DNA from: Burkholderiales bacterium UBA4657
Lineage (GTDB): Bacteria > Pseudomonadota > Gammaproteobacteria > Burkholderiales > Burkholderiaceae_E
Length of the DNA: 64,000 nt
NCBI GenBank assembly: GCA_002405475.1
Contig: DHLX01000023.1
Span: 41,221-105,220, forward strand
Direction of reading: 5' to 3'
The translations under genes and the position numbers were made by a program. Within the stretch, counting starts at the first letter, position 1, and every line of letters starts with the position of its first letter. The notes beneath the pieces were generated by a model that had not been told where the DNA came from, did not search any database, and worked only from the letters and a program-made list of their open reading frames with translations. Shown piece after piece: positions 38,560 through 48,016 of the stretch.

Positions 38560-38886
38560 ATGTTTCCGTCCGATATTTCACGCGAATTTTTTATACTAGG
38601 GCTCACCCGGGACGGCAAGCCGTTTCGACCTAGCGATTGGGCCGAGCGTTTGTGCGGCGTGCTGTCACCCTACCGGCCGGCTGGTGCGCGTAGGGCGCAC
38701 GCGCATATTGGCTATTCACCCTACTGCCGGCCTTCGGTGCTGGATGGGGTGAAATGCGTGATTGTCGATGTCAGATTGCGCGAGCTGGAGCCTATGGCAT
38801 GGGATTTTGCGCTGGCATTTGCCAAGGATAACGATTTACAGGCTTTTGAGGCGTGCGAATATGTGCCACCCTCGGGCCAGGCATAA
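38560..38886 (+). CDS. DUF3579 domain protein
   Basis: 108 aa. FILGLTRDGKPFRPSDWAERLCG is typical of DUF3579. Confidence 0.7.
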   Translation: MFPSDISREFFILGLTRDGKPFRPSDWAERLCGVLSPYRPAGARRAHAHIGYSPYCRPSVLDGVKCVIVDVRLRELEPMAWDFALAFAKDNDLQAFEACEYVPPSGQA

Positions 38887-38915
38887 AAAAAGCCGCACGA
38901 GGCGGCTGTTTTTTC
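38885..38915. terminator. bidirectional rho-independent terminator (DUF3579 gene / rpsT)
   Basis: AAAAAA-AGCCGC-ACGAG-GCGGCT-GTTTTTT. Confidence 0.8.
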
Positions 38916-38927
38916 TGGCGCGATTGC

Positions 38928-39191
38928 TCAAGCCATGGCTTTGAGCGCGGCGGCCAGACGGCTCTTGTGGCGAGAAGCAGTATTTTTGTGAATAATTTTT
39001 TTGTCCGCAATCTTGTCCATGACGCCGACCGAGTTTTTGAACAATTCCAGTGCGGCCGCCTTATCACCGCCGACAATAGCCTTGCGCACGGCTTTGACTG
39101 CAGTGCGATAGCGTGAACGTAGCGCTGAATTTTGTGCGTTTAACTTGATGGATTGGCGGGCACGTTTGCGAGCTTGTGCGGTATTGGCCAT
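38928..39191 (-). CDS. rpsT: 30S ribosomal protein S20
   Basis: [14 protein letters not shown]...[13 protein letters not shown] is typical S20. Confidence 0.95.
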   Translation of the reverse strand: MANTAQARKRARQSIKLNAQNSALRSRYRTAVKAVRKAIVGGDKAAALELFKNSVGVMDKIADKKIIHKNTASRHKSRLAAALKAMA

Positions 39192-39295
39192 ATTTTATTC
39201 GTCCTACCGGGCAGTCAGTACTACCCACAGAAATTTTAAAAAGAATAAATCGTATGACTGAAATTTATTCCAGGAAGCTTTCAATGATCGCAAAA

Positions 39296-40171
39296 TTAAC
39301 GCTCTTTGTCAAATACGGGTGTGGCGCGACTAAGCCACTGCCTGGGCGATACTCCTAAACGTTGAGAAAACACTCGGGTTAGGGCTGACTGACTCGAATA
39401 ACCCAACTCTAAGGCGAGGGCCTTCAGCGTTATTCCTTCTTTCAAACGTGCTTGTACCAGAGCCAAGCGCCAATCGGCCAGATATTGACCCGGGGAAGTG
39501 CCGAGCAATTTTTTGAACTTGATGGCAAATGCGGTGCGCGACATGCCGCTTGTTTCAGCTAATTGTTCTATTGTCCAGGCCAAACCAGGAGATTCATGCA
39601 TAGCTGTCAGCGCCTTTGCTATTTGCGGTGATGTCAGCCCCATCAATAAACCGTCGTTGATATTGGCATGTGCTGGATGATCCAAAAGCCAGCGTAGCAA
39701 CTGAATCAAGACTACCTCGAATAGACGATCCGCCAGAATTTTGTGGCCACAACGCACCCGCCCGGTTTCTGCAAATAGCAAATTTAATGATGCTTCCAGG
39801 CCATCCACTTCCGATAATGGCAATAGAACAAACGACGGCAAGGCTTGCACTATGGGGTGCATATTGCCACCTTGAAAGTCAATCTCAGCACAAACAAACT
39901 GCGAGGCGTCATCTGGACTATTGATAAATTGATGGGTCAAGGGTCGCGGATAAAACAAAAAAGAAGGTTCATTCAATTGCACCTGGGCAGGCACGCCTTG
40001 CATCTTTTGTGGGTGCCGCACTTTTACTGAACCACTTCTAAAGACATGTAAATAAGCTTTCTTGGCCTCATACGGAAAAACATGTTTGCCACACATCGAG
40101 CCAGAAAATGACAAACGTGCACTGAGGTGGAAATGCTCAAGCAATGCCGAAAGGCGGTCTATGGACGGCAT
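39296..40171 (-). CDS. AraC-family transcriptional regulator (cupin-type N-terminal domain)
   Basis: C-terminal dual HTH (WTIEQLAETSGMSRTAFAIKFKKLLGTSPGQYL...ELGYSSQSALTRVFSQRLGVSPRQW). Confidence 0.9.
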   Translation of the reverse strand: MPSIDRLSALLEHFHLSARLSFSGSMCGKHVFPYEAKKAYLHVFRSGSVKVRHPQKMQGVPAQVQLNEPSFLFYPRPLTHQFINSPDDASQFVCAEIDFQGGNMHPIVQALPSFVLLPLSEVDGLEASLNLLFAETGRVRCGHKILADRLFEVVLIQLLRWLLDHPAHANINDGLLMGLTSPQIAKALTAMHESPGLAWTIEQLAETSGMSRTAFAIKFKKLLGTSPGQYLADWRLALVQARLKEGITLKALALELGYSSQSALTRVFSQRLGVSPRQWLSRATPVFDKER

Positions 40172-40304
40172 GATTTACCTAGTGGGCTGTGTGAACGATT
40201 TGTCATGATTAATGTACTAAAAGAAACCAATTGTATCAACCATTTCTGCAAAATTCGCCCTGTTCCAGATGAAATTGTTCTGACGGACTAACCCAGTTAA
40301 AGGA

Positions 40305-41063
40305 ATGAAAATGAAATTTACGACACTCGCTCACATAACTACGGCAGCCTCCATTTATATGGTCAGTAGTATTGTTGTCGCCCATACTCATCATCATGGC
40401 GGCATCACTACCCAACCCAGTAAGGTGGTTAAGGCATCCTTCGATATCGTCCACTCCAAAATCAGTACCGAGGGAAATGTGGCGATTTTTCATATGGCGG
40501 TTTCCGGTAAGGCAGGCGATTCAAAACCCGCGAAATCAGGCAAGTTGGCCGGAAGTTCGGTATTTTCCTACGTCTGGCCTACAACACTTGACCCTTCTGC
40601 AGTAGGCTTCGAAGCTAAATCGGGAATCCTGGCATTTGCTGTTACATCACATCCCGATTTTGACGATACCCCTTTGTTTGACGAAAACGGTGACGGCAAT
40701 CCGCAAAACGATGGCAATGTTTGGCATTCGCATTGGGTGGTACTACAACCCGATGATGCTTGCGGTAAAGGTGCCCTTAAGGTGGTGGATATCCCCAAAG
40801 ATAGCAAACCGGCATTACCAAAAACCTGGCCAGGCTTGCCTATATTGATTGACAGCCCGGGTTGGAATCCAATCTTCAAAAAAGATACCGTGGAAGTGCG
40901 GGTTCCGTTTGATGATATCGGCGCTGTAAATGCAGCTTCATTTGATGGCGTTACAGCCGCTTTGCGTGTCAATGCTAGCGTGCATAACCCGCTCTTGTGT
41001 GTAGTCAATGTCTTTAAGGTGGGTTCAGGCAATCTGTCCCTTCCTGGTAAGGTCAATAAATAA
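40305..41063 (+). CDS. secreted hypothetical protein with His-rich mature N-terminus
   Basis: Signal-like N-terminus, then AHTHHHGG. Further His cluster NVWHSHWVV. I recognise no family. Confidence 0.6.
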   Translation: MKMKFTTLAHITTAASIYMVSSIVVAHTHHHGGITTQPSKVVKASFDIVHSKISTEGNVAIFHMAVSGKAGDSKPAKSGKLAGSSVFSYVWPTTLDPSAVGFEAKSGILAFAVTSHPDFDDTPLFDENGDGNPQNDGNVWHSHWVVLQPDDACGKGALKVVDIPKDSKPALPKTWPGLPILIDSPGWNPIFKKDTVEVRVPFDDIGAVNAASFDGVTAALRVNASVHNPLLCVVNVFKVGSGNLSLPGKVNK

Positions 41064-41112
41064 ACTCACGTTGCTTATTTTTCTGTTATTTCATTTTAGA
41101 AAAGGTTCCGCC

Positions 41113-41652
41113 ATGTCTTATCTCAATATCAATACCAATCAGGCTGCACCAGCAAGCCAGGAAATTCTTCAGCAAATTCACGCCGCGTTCGGCGCTACAC
41201 CCAATATGTTTAAGGTTGTTGCCAATTCACCGGCGGCACTGAAAAGTATGTGGAGTTCATTTGGCGCGCTGGGTTCTGGTACCTTAGGTGCCAAACTTGG
41301 CGAGCAGATTGCGGTGGCGATCGCCAATCGCAATCAATGCGAATACTGCTTGGCAGCACATACGGTACTCGGCAGGAATGCTGGCGCAAGTGCAGAGGAT
41401 ATGGCCAACGCTCAAATAGGCAAGTCACTTGATTACAAAACTCAGGCTGCACTGACTTTCTCACTGAAAATTGTCGAGAAACGTGCAGCTATCTCGCAGG
41501 CAGATGTTGAGGCGGTTCGTGCAGCGGGTTTTAGTGACGGAGAAATTGTTGAGATCATGGCTCATGTTGCGCTCAATTTGTTTACGAACTACGTTAACGT
41601 GGCATTTAACGTACCCGTAGATTTTCCCAAGGTAGTGCTTAAAACGAACTAG
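41113..41652 (+). CDS. carboxymuconolactone decarboxylase / AhpD-like family protein
   Basis: CEYCLAAH (CxxC-H) motif. About 180 aa starting at MSYLNINTN. Confidence 0.8.
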   Translation: MSYLNINTNQAAPASQEILQQIHAAFGATPNMFKVVANSPAALKSMWSSFGALGSGTLGAKLGEQIAVAIANRNQCEYCLAAHTVLGRNAGASAEDMANAQIGKSLDYKTQAALTFSLKIVEKRAAISQADVEAVRAAGFSDGEIVEIMAHVALNLFTNYVNVAFNVPVDFPKVVLKTN

Positions 41653-41705
41653 GGAAATCAAGCATCGGTATTTTTGTAGTACCTGATCAGTTGTCATAAC
41701 TGTAG

Positions 41706-41742
41706 TCAGAGCCTCAGCGGAATTAATCCGCTGAGGCTCTGA
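41706..41742. other. perfect 15-bp stem hairpin without U-tract
   Basis: TCAGAGCCTCAGCGG-AATTAAT-CCGCTGAGGCTCTGA, 14 nt upstream of the next start codon. Confidence 0.7.
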
Positions 41743-41755
41743 ATGAAAGGCCTGT

Positions 41756-42463
41756 ATGAAAACTTGTGTAGCTTTGCGACACTTGATGTTCGAAGACCTA
41801 GGTCTTCTTGAGCCTATGCTTAATGCTGATGGTTGGAGAATTTTCTACTACGAGCTTGGCGTGGGTCAATTACAAAAAATCAGTCTTGATCAGGTGGATC
41901 TTCTAGTCATACTGGGCGGACCCATCGGTGCGGAAGATGATGAGCAATATCCTTTTCTAAAAGATGAAGTGGCTTTAATTCGTGATCGCTTGGCCACAAG
42001 GAAGCTTATGCTGGGGATTTGTCTGGGAGCCCAACTGATTGCTCGGGCTATGGGATCACGGGTTAAACCCATGAAAGAGAAAGAAATCGGTTTTACTTCT
42101 TTGACATTTACTGCCGAAGGGCTAAATTCGCCTCTTGCAGAAATAGGCATGCAACCTGTATTTCATTGGCATGGTGATCAATTCGACTTGCCTACAGGCA
42201 TAAAGTCTTTGGCTAGTACACCGAAATGTCCGAATCAGGCTTTTCAGGTTGAACATCATACCTTGGCATTGCAGTTCCACATCGAGATAGACACAAATCG
42301 AATTGAGCAATGGCTGATTGGTCATGGTGCGGAAATACAGCAATGTGCAATTTCAACGAATATCTTGCGCAACGATGCCATACGGTATGGTTCAGGGATG
42401 AGTGACGCCATGCGGGGTGTCATAAATCAGTGGATTACCGCCGCGCGCCATTTTGATCACTAA
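41756..42463 (+). CDS. class I glutamine amidotransferase-like protein
   Basis: LLVILGGP, GICLGAQLIA (Cys elbow) and LQFHIE motifs. Confidence 0.8.
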   Translation: MKTCVALRHLMFEDLGLLEPMLNADGWRIFYYELGVGQLQKISLDQVDLLVILGGPIGAEDDEQYPFLKDEVALIRDRLATRKLMLGICLGAQLIARAMGSRVKPMKEKEIGFTSLTFTAEGLNSPLAEIGMQPVFHWHGDQFDLPTGIKSLASTPKCPNQAFQVEHHTLALQFHIEIDTNRIEQWLIGHGAEIQQCAISTNILRNDAIRYGSGMSDAMRGVINQWITAARHFDH

Positions 42464-42707
42464 ATATGGCGCTAGGAAATCAGCAACCTATTCCGCTGTA
42501 GCATTGAGAAACAGGGCACGCCATGCCCAGAGATAGAGCATTGCCAATATCACGCGAGTTTGCGCACCATAATGGCGCATAAGCGCACCACGATGTCCTG
42601 AGGGGGTGGATTGCTCACCTTCCCCTGCCTCACTGCTGAAATCAGGGTTCTGATTTAAGCCATTGAAAAACATCAGAAATAAAACATAAATGCGATCGGG
42701 CACGGTA

Positions 42708-42743
42708 TTTGCATCCATTCTTGTATACAAAATTGGATGCAAA
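42708..42743. promoter_or_regulatory. 36-bp nested palindrome, candidate GntR-type operator overlapping the allophanate hydrolase start codon
   Basis: TTTGCATCCA-ttc-TTGTATACAA-aat-TGGATGCAAA. The outer 10-bp arms are perfect and the central 10-mer is itself a perfect palindrome with a GT..AC core. Confidence 0.5.
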
Positions 42744-44449
42744 TGAGCACTGTTACATTTTCACAGACCCATTCTGATAATGCCTGGATCAAGCGTTTGA
42801 ACCCGGCGATTGAGTTGTCGACACCGGTTTCTAGCGTCAAGACTTTAGCACTGGCCGGGCTGAGCTTCGCCGTAAAGGACAATATTGATGTCGCTGGAGT
42901 GGCAACAACGGCGGCATGCCCCGACTTTGCCTATACACCGGCGTCTCATGCCACGGTTGTAGCGAATTTGCTGACCGCAGGCGCAAGTCTGCACGGCAAG
43001 ACCAATCTAGATCAGTTTGCCTGCGGCTTGAACGGAACGCGCTCACCCTACGGAGTTGTGCCGTGCGCGCTCGATCCCGACTATGTCAGTGGTGGCTCAA
43101 GCTCGGGTTCGGCCTATGTCGTCGCTACGGGGCAGGTCGATTTTTCACTGGGCACCGACACGGCCGGTTCGGGCCGTGTTCCCGCAGGTTTTAATAACAT
43201 TGTGGGCTTAAAACCATCCCGTGGGCTGATCAGTAATCATGGGGTTGTGCCAGCCGCTCGCAGTGTAGATTGTGTTTCAATTTTCGCGCGCGACGTCGTT
43301 ACTGCATGGCGCGCGTTTCAGGTTGCGGCCCAGTTCGATGCAAACGATCCGTATTCGAGAAGTCTCAAATTACGCCGTACTCCGTTCAGCAAAGGCTTTA
43401 GGCTAGGCATACCGCGCGATTGCGAATGGTTTGGCGATGCATTATCGGCCAAGGAATTTGAACGTGCTGTTGAGATGGCGAAGAAACTAGGCGCTGATGT
43501 GGTTGAAATAGATTTTTCACCATTCAGGTTAGTGGCAGATCTGCTCTATGGCTCAGCGCTTATCGCTGAACGTCTGGAAGTTCTGGAAGAATTTTTCGAG
43601 CGTACACCCGCTGCAGTAATTGAGCCAGTTTATTCTTTGCTATCACCAGGAAAACGATATACGGCAGTAGATGTCTTTCGTGCTATGACGCGCCTGAAAA
43701 CATTGAGCCAACAGGCGATGCAGTCCTGGGCAGACATGGATGTGTTAATGGTGCCGACGGCACCGACCCAGTACACGATAGCGCAAATGCAGGCTGATCC
43801 AATAGAGCTCAATCGCCGTCTTGGGTACTACACTAACTTTGTCAACTTGCTGGACTATGCCGCGATTGCAGTACCCAGCAGCATTCGTAGTGATGGCCTG
43901 GCGTTTGGTATTACCCTTATTGCAGCTGCAGGTTCTGATTGGTCATTGGCCGAGTTGGGTCTGCGCTACCACGAACAAACCGGGCTCAATCTGGGTGCTA
44001 CTTCTGAATCAGTCAAAAAAGCACAAATGCCGGAGCCACCAGCAATTGATACAGGATGGGTGCGCGTAGCTGTAGTGGGTGCACATTTATCTGGCATGCC
44101 ACTTAATTGGCAGCTGCGTCAATATGGTGCGCGGCTGTTGCAAGCGACTACTACAAGTAATTCCTATCGCCTCTATGCGCTCGCTAATACCCAGCCGAGG
44201 AAGCCTGGTTTGATACGCGTTGCTCCAGGGCATGGTGCGGAAATTGCGATTGAAATCTGGGCTTTACCCGTCGAGCATTATGGCGAGTTTGTTGCGCTCA
44301 TTCCCTCACCGCTTGGAATTGGACAGATCGACACGGCCGATGGTCAGCAGGTTCAAGGTTTTTTATGTGAGTCACAAGCCTTGGAGGGCGCGCAGGACAT
44401 CACTGACTTTAGAGGCTGGAAAAATTTTTTGAGCGCCGCTACGGCTTGA
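42737..44449 (+). CDS. atzF: allophanate hydrolase (amidase-signature N-domain plus AtzF-type C-domain)
   Basis: GGSSSGSA and GTDTAGSGRVPA amidase signature. C-terminal about 120 aa (VAVVGAHLSGMPLNWQL...GFLCE) is typical of allophanate hydrolase. Confidence 0.8.
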   Translation: MQMSTVTFSQTHSDNAWIKRLNPAIELSTPVSSVKTLALAGLSFAVKDNIDVAGVATTAACPDFAYTPASHATVVANLLTAGASLHGKTNLDQFACGLNGTRSPYGVVPCALDPDYVSGGSSSGSAYVVATGQVDFSLGTDTAGSGRVPAGFNNIVGLKPSRGLISNHGVVPAARSVDCVSIFARDVVTAWRAFQVAAQFDANDPYSRSLKLRRTPFSKGFRLGIPRDCEWFGDALSAKEFERAVEMAKKLGADVVEIDFSPFRLVADLLYGSALIAERLEVLEEFFERTPAAVIEPVYSLLSPGKRYTAVDVFRAMTRLKTLSQQAMQSWADMDVLMVPTAPTQYTIAQMQADPIELNRRLGYYTNFVNLLDYAAIAVPSSIRSDGLAFGITLIAAAGSDWSLAELGLRYHEQTGLNLGATSESVKKAQMPEPPAIDTGWVRVAVVGAHLSGMPLNWQLRQYGARLLQATTTSNSYRLYALANTQPRKPGLIRVAPGHGAEIAIEIWALPVEHYGEFVALIPSPLGIGQIDTADGQQVQGFLCESQALEGAQDITDFRGWKNFLSAATA

Positions 44450-44488
44450 TTCACTTTGTATAGATTCACTTACTGACAGGAGAGCATC

Positions 44489-45520
44489 ATGACTAAACCG
44501 ACTGAAATTCATTCTTCAACTAGCGATAAGAGAGAGTTAGCCTCGAGAGGACGGCGCCAGGTTCTGGCGGGCACGGTCGCTGGTGCCGTGACACTGGCTG
44601 CGCCTGCCATTGTGCGCGCTCAGTCATCACCAAAAATTCGAATTGGCTTTTGGCCAGTAGCGTCTGGCATCCCGTTTTATGCAGCGGTAGACAAGGGATT
44701 TTTCAAGCAGGCCGGTCTGGATGTCGAACCCGTTAAATTTGCCAGTCCGCAACAAGTGGCCGAGGCGATGCTGGCTGGACGACTTGAGGGTACCTCAAAT
44801 GGTACGGCTTCTGCCGCTTTGGGCATTGCCGAGCTGGCACAGCCAGGCTTGTTAAAAATATTCTGCACTAACCCGACCAATACCAGGTTTGTTCTTGACC
44901 AGTTTATAGTTGCCAAAGATAGTACCTTCAAGTCGGTTGCTGATTTGTCAGACAAGAAAGTGGGTTGTGGACCCGGTGTACAAAACGTCACTCTGGCTCG
45001 CACTATTCTTGAACGTGCTGGAGCTAAAAATTTCACCATCGTTGAATTGCCAATAGCGCAGCACGTTGCAGCGATTGTCGCCAACCAGGTCGATGCCTGC
45101 TATACGCTGGAACCTACTGGCACCATTGGTCGTTTAAATGGCACCACACGAAATCTGGAAGTGGGGGTCGTTGCCAGATATATATTGGGTGACCCGATGG
45201 CACCCTGGCACGGTGGTTCAGCCAGCTTGAGCACTGAATTCATCAAAAAATTCCCCGAGATCGTGCCACGCTATATCGCAGCCTATAAGCGTGGTGTCGA
45301 TCTGGTCAAAACCAATCCTGCCGAAGCTCGCCCCTCGCTTAAAGGTTACACCGCGATTGAAGGCGCGCTCACCAATGAAGTACCTATGGCCGACTATATG
45401 TTTTCAAATGAATTCAAGCCCAGCGATATAGCCGCGTTCCAAAGGTTTTTCGATCTGTTTGCAGAGAGAGGTATTTTCAGCAGACGTATTCTTATCGATT
45501 CCATTCTTTATAAGGGCTGA
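44489..45520 (+). CDS. ABC transporter substrate-binding protein (NitT/TauT, NMT1-like) with Tat signal
   Basis: SRGRRQVLAG...APAIVRAQ twin-arginine leader. NMT1/THI5-like body. Confidence 0.75.
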   Translation: MTKPTEIHSSTSDKRELASRGRRQVLAGTVAGAVTLAAPAIVRAQSSPKIRIGFWPVASGIPFYAAVDKGFFKQAGLDVEPVKFASPQQVAEAMLAGRLEGTSNGTASAALGIAELAQPGLLKIFCTNPTNTRFVLDQFIVAKDSTFKSVADLSDKKVGCGPGVQNVTLARTILERAGAKNFTIVELPIAQHVAAIVANQVDACYTLEPTGTIGRLNGTTRNLEVGVVARYILGDPMAPWHGGSASLSTEFIKKFPEIVPRYIAAYKRGVDLVKTNPAEARPSLKGYTAIEGALTNEVPMADYMFSNEFKPSDIAAFQRFFDLFAERGIFSRRILIDSILYKG

Positions 45521-45522
45521 CT

Positions 45523-46356
45523 ATGGCTTCGGAAGGTGTCAATAGCGGCGCATCTCTGCCTGCCAACGGTGTTCGATATGACGCCAAGCCGGCAGGCACA
45601 GCTTTCCAGGCGGCAAAATTATTACCGCTTCTGGGGCCGCTGGTTTTATTGCTCATTTGGGATATGGTGGTCAGAGCAGGGTTAATCAAAGCTATTTTGT
45701 TGCCACCACCGCTGGACACACTTTCGACCCTGTTATCGGGGATGGCTGGAGGTGCATTGCTGTATGACTTTTGGGTCACCTTGTATCGTACTCTTTGCGC
45801 CTTTGCCATTGCTGTCATCGCCGGAATGCCCCTGGGCATTTTGCTGGGCAGTAATGAGCGTGCTTACAGAAGTGTGGAGTTCCTGATCGATTTTTTCCGT
45901 AGCACTCCCGCCTCAGCATTGATTCCGCTGTTTCTATTGATTTTTGGTACTTCAGACATCAACAAGATCGCGATTGCTACTTTTGGAGCCTGGCTGCTGG
46001 TTGTGTTCAATTGTGCCTATGGTGTTATCAACGCACGTAAGCAGCGTATTGCTGCAGCCAAGGTTATGGGTGCATCACGTCGCCGTATTTTTGTTGATGT
46101 TCTGATCTGGGAAAGCTTGCAGGCTTCGTTTGTTGGTTTGCGTTCTGCCGTGTCCATGGCGCTGGTAATTGTGGTCGTGGCAGAAATGTTCATTGGCTCG
46201 GAAAGTGGGTTGGGACACAAAATTATTAATGCCCAGCAGGTTATGAATACCAAAATGATGTATGCCGCAATCATGTCGGCCGGTATTTTGGGGTACTTTT
46301 TGAATATTTTATTTTTATTACTTGAACGTCGTATAGTTCACTGGAGCGGTCGATGA
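45523..46356 (+). CDS. ABC transporter permease (NitT/TauT family)
   Basis: Six hydrophobic segments. EAA-like loop AKVMGASRRRIFVDVLIWESL. Confidence 0.8.
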   Translation: MASEGVNSGASLPANGVRYDAKPAGTAFQAAKLLPLLGPLVLLLIWDMVVRAGLIKAILLPPPLDTLSTLLSGMAGGALLYDFWVTLYRTLCAFAIAVIAGMPLGILLGSNERAYRSVEFLIDFFRSTPASALIPLFLLIFGTSDINKIAIATFGAWLLVVFNCAYGVINARKQRIAAAKVMGASRRRIFVDVLIWESLQASFVGLRSAVSMALVIVVVAEMFIGSESGLGHKIINAQQVMNTKMMYAAIMSAGILGYFLNILFLLLERRIVHWSGR

Positions 46357-47174
46357 CAACAGTACTCAACGCCCCGGTATTTGCTGACGTGCCCACGCCC
46401 CCGTTCCGTCCCGGGCCGCTGGGTACTCACATTACCATTCGTGGCCTGACCAAATATTTTGCTGGCTGGCCATTGTATGAAAATTTTGATCTCGATATTC
46501 CGAAGGGGAAAATTGTCTCGATTTTTGGGCCGAACGGTTGTGGCAAATCCACCCTCATTAATATGATTGCCGGGCTGATTCCAATTGACTCGGGAGAAAT
46601 TCTTTTCGATGGAAAGTCACTGAAAGAAACCACCATCGGCTACGTGTTTCAGAATTATCGCGAGGCACTGTTTCCATGGTGGAGAACCATTGACAATATT
46701 GCCTACCCGTTAAAGCTCATGGGAAAATCGAAGGCCGAGGTCGATCGGCGCGTGGCTGAACTGGTAGCGTCTTTCGACGTAAAATTCGACTTGAATCGAT
46801 ATCCCTACGAATTATCGGGGGGACAGCAGCAGACCGCGTCCATTATGCGCGCTCTGGCGCCCAACCCGGAAGTATTATTCCTGGACGAACCGTTTTCGGC
46901 GCTGGATTTTGAAATGACCTTGTTCATACGCGAGAAATTGCAGGAAGTTTTCATGAAAACGCACACCACCATGATGCTGGTGTCGCACGATCTGGAAGAA
47001 GCCGTCTATCTGGCGGATCAGGTATTGCTGCTGACCAAGCGGCCGACCTCGATTGCCGATATTTTGACGTATGATGACCCGAGGCCCCGAACAACAGCAA
47101 CCTTGTCCGAGCCCAGTTTTATTGCTACCAAGAAGAGGAGTCTGGAAATTTTCCAGCGAGAAGTCAGAAAATGA
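46353..47174 (+). CDS. ABC transporter ATP-binding protein
   Basis: Walker A GPNGCGKST, signature LSGGQQQ, Walker B LFLDEPFSALD. Confidence 0.9.
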   Translation: MTTVLNAPVFADVPTPPFRPGPLGTHITIRGLTKYFAGWPLYENFDLDIPKGKIVSIFGPNGCGKSTLINMIAGLIPIDSGEILFDGKSLKETTIGYVFQNYREALFPWWRTIDNIAYPLKLMGKSKAEVDRRVAELVASFDVKFDLNRYPYELSGGQQQTASIMRALAPNPEVLFLDEPFSALDFEMTLFIREKLQEVFMKTHTTMMLVSHDLEEAVYLADQVLLLTKRPTSIADILTYDDPRPRTTATLSEPSFIATKKRSLEIFQREVRK

Positions 47175-47875
47175 GTCTGGTCGAGAGTAAAAGCAACCGA
47201 AAAATTCTGGCGGAGGAAGCTTATGAACGCATCCGCTACGAACTATTCAACTTTTTACTCTTGCCCGGCGACCGTTTTACAGAACAGCAATTATGTGATC
47301 GGCTAAGTGTTTCACGTACTCCCGTGCGCCAGGCACTTTTCCGCTTGCAGCAGGAAGGCCATGTTGAAGTCTTGTTCAGAAATGGCTGGCGGGTATTGCC
47401 TATAGACTTCAAGAAATTTGATGCTCTGTATGATTTTCGTATTCTGATCGAAACCGAAGCGGCACAACGTTTATGCGAAGGTCGTATTAGTGGCGATATC
47501 GCGGTATCGAATCAGTTACTGCAGGAACTGGTCGATTTCTGGTTGGTACCGAAAGCTTCCCGAATTTACGATGCTCCAGCTGTCAGCAGGCAAGACGAAG
47601 AATTTCATTGCATGATCGTGGCCGCCGCTGGAAATCCGGTAATGCAAAACACCCACCGCGAAATAACCGAACGTATTCGTGTCATACGCAAACTTGACTT
47701 TACCTACCAGCCGCGAATCGACGCGACCTATGACGAACATGCACGAATTCTGAAAGCCATTCTCGATAAACGCAGCGAGCAGGCTCGTCTACTGCTCAAG
47801 GCGCATATCGAGTCGAGTCAGATTGAGGTGAGAAAACTAACACTGCACCAGTTACATCTGGCGCGTGAGATTTGA
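47171..47875 (+). CDS. GntR-family (FadR/FCD-type) transcriptional regulator
   Basis: N-terminal wHTH (LLPGDRFTEQQLCDRLSVSRTPVRQALFRLQQEGHV) plus a helical FCD-like C-domain. Overlaps the ATPase stop. Confidence 0.85.
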   Translation: MSLVESKSNRKILAEEAYERIRYELFNFLLLPGDRFTEQQLCDRLSVSRTPVRQALFRLQQEGHVEVLFRNGWRVLPIDFKKFDALYDFRILIETEAAQRLCEGRISGDIAVSNQLLQELVDFWLVPKASRIYDAPAVSRQDEEFHCMIVAAAGNPVMQNTHREITERIRVIRKLDFTYQPRIDATYDEHARILKAILDKRSEQARLLLKAHIESSQIEVRKLTLHQLHLAREI

Positions 47876-48016
47876 TCTCATCGACTTGCTTTTTTTCAGT
47901 ACTTGATACCGGTTTTTTGATTGCGTAGGTTGGTTCGACATTTTTGACAAAGCTTGCACTGGTCCAGAACCTGTGGCAACCTGCTTTTCATGCGATATTC
48001 CAGGTGCTAAATGTAA

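Noticed and set aside
42488-42742. 84-aa minus-strand ORF in the intergenic region upstream of the allophanate hydrolase gene
   Set aside because: It has no SD and no motif, and it overlaps the palindromic operator candidate. I treat it as non-coding leader or promoter DNA, though I cannot exclude a small gene.
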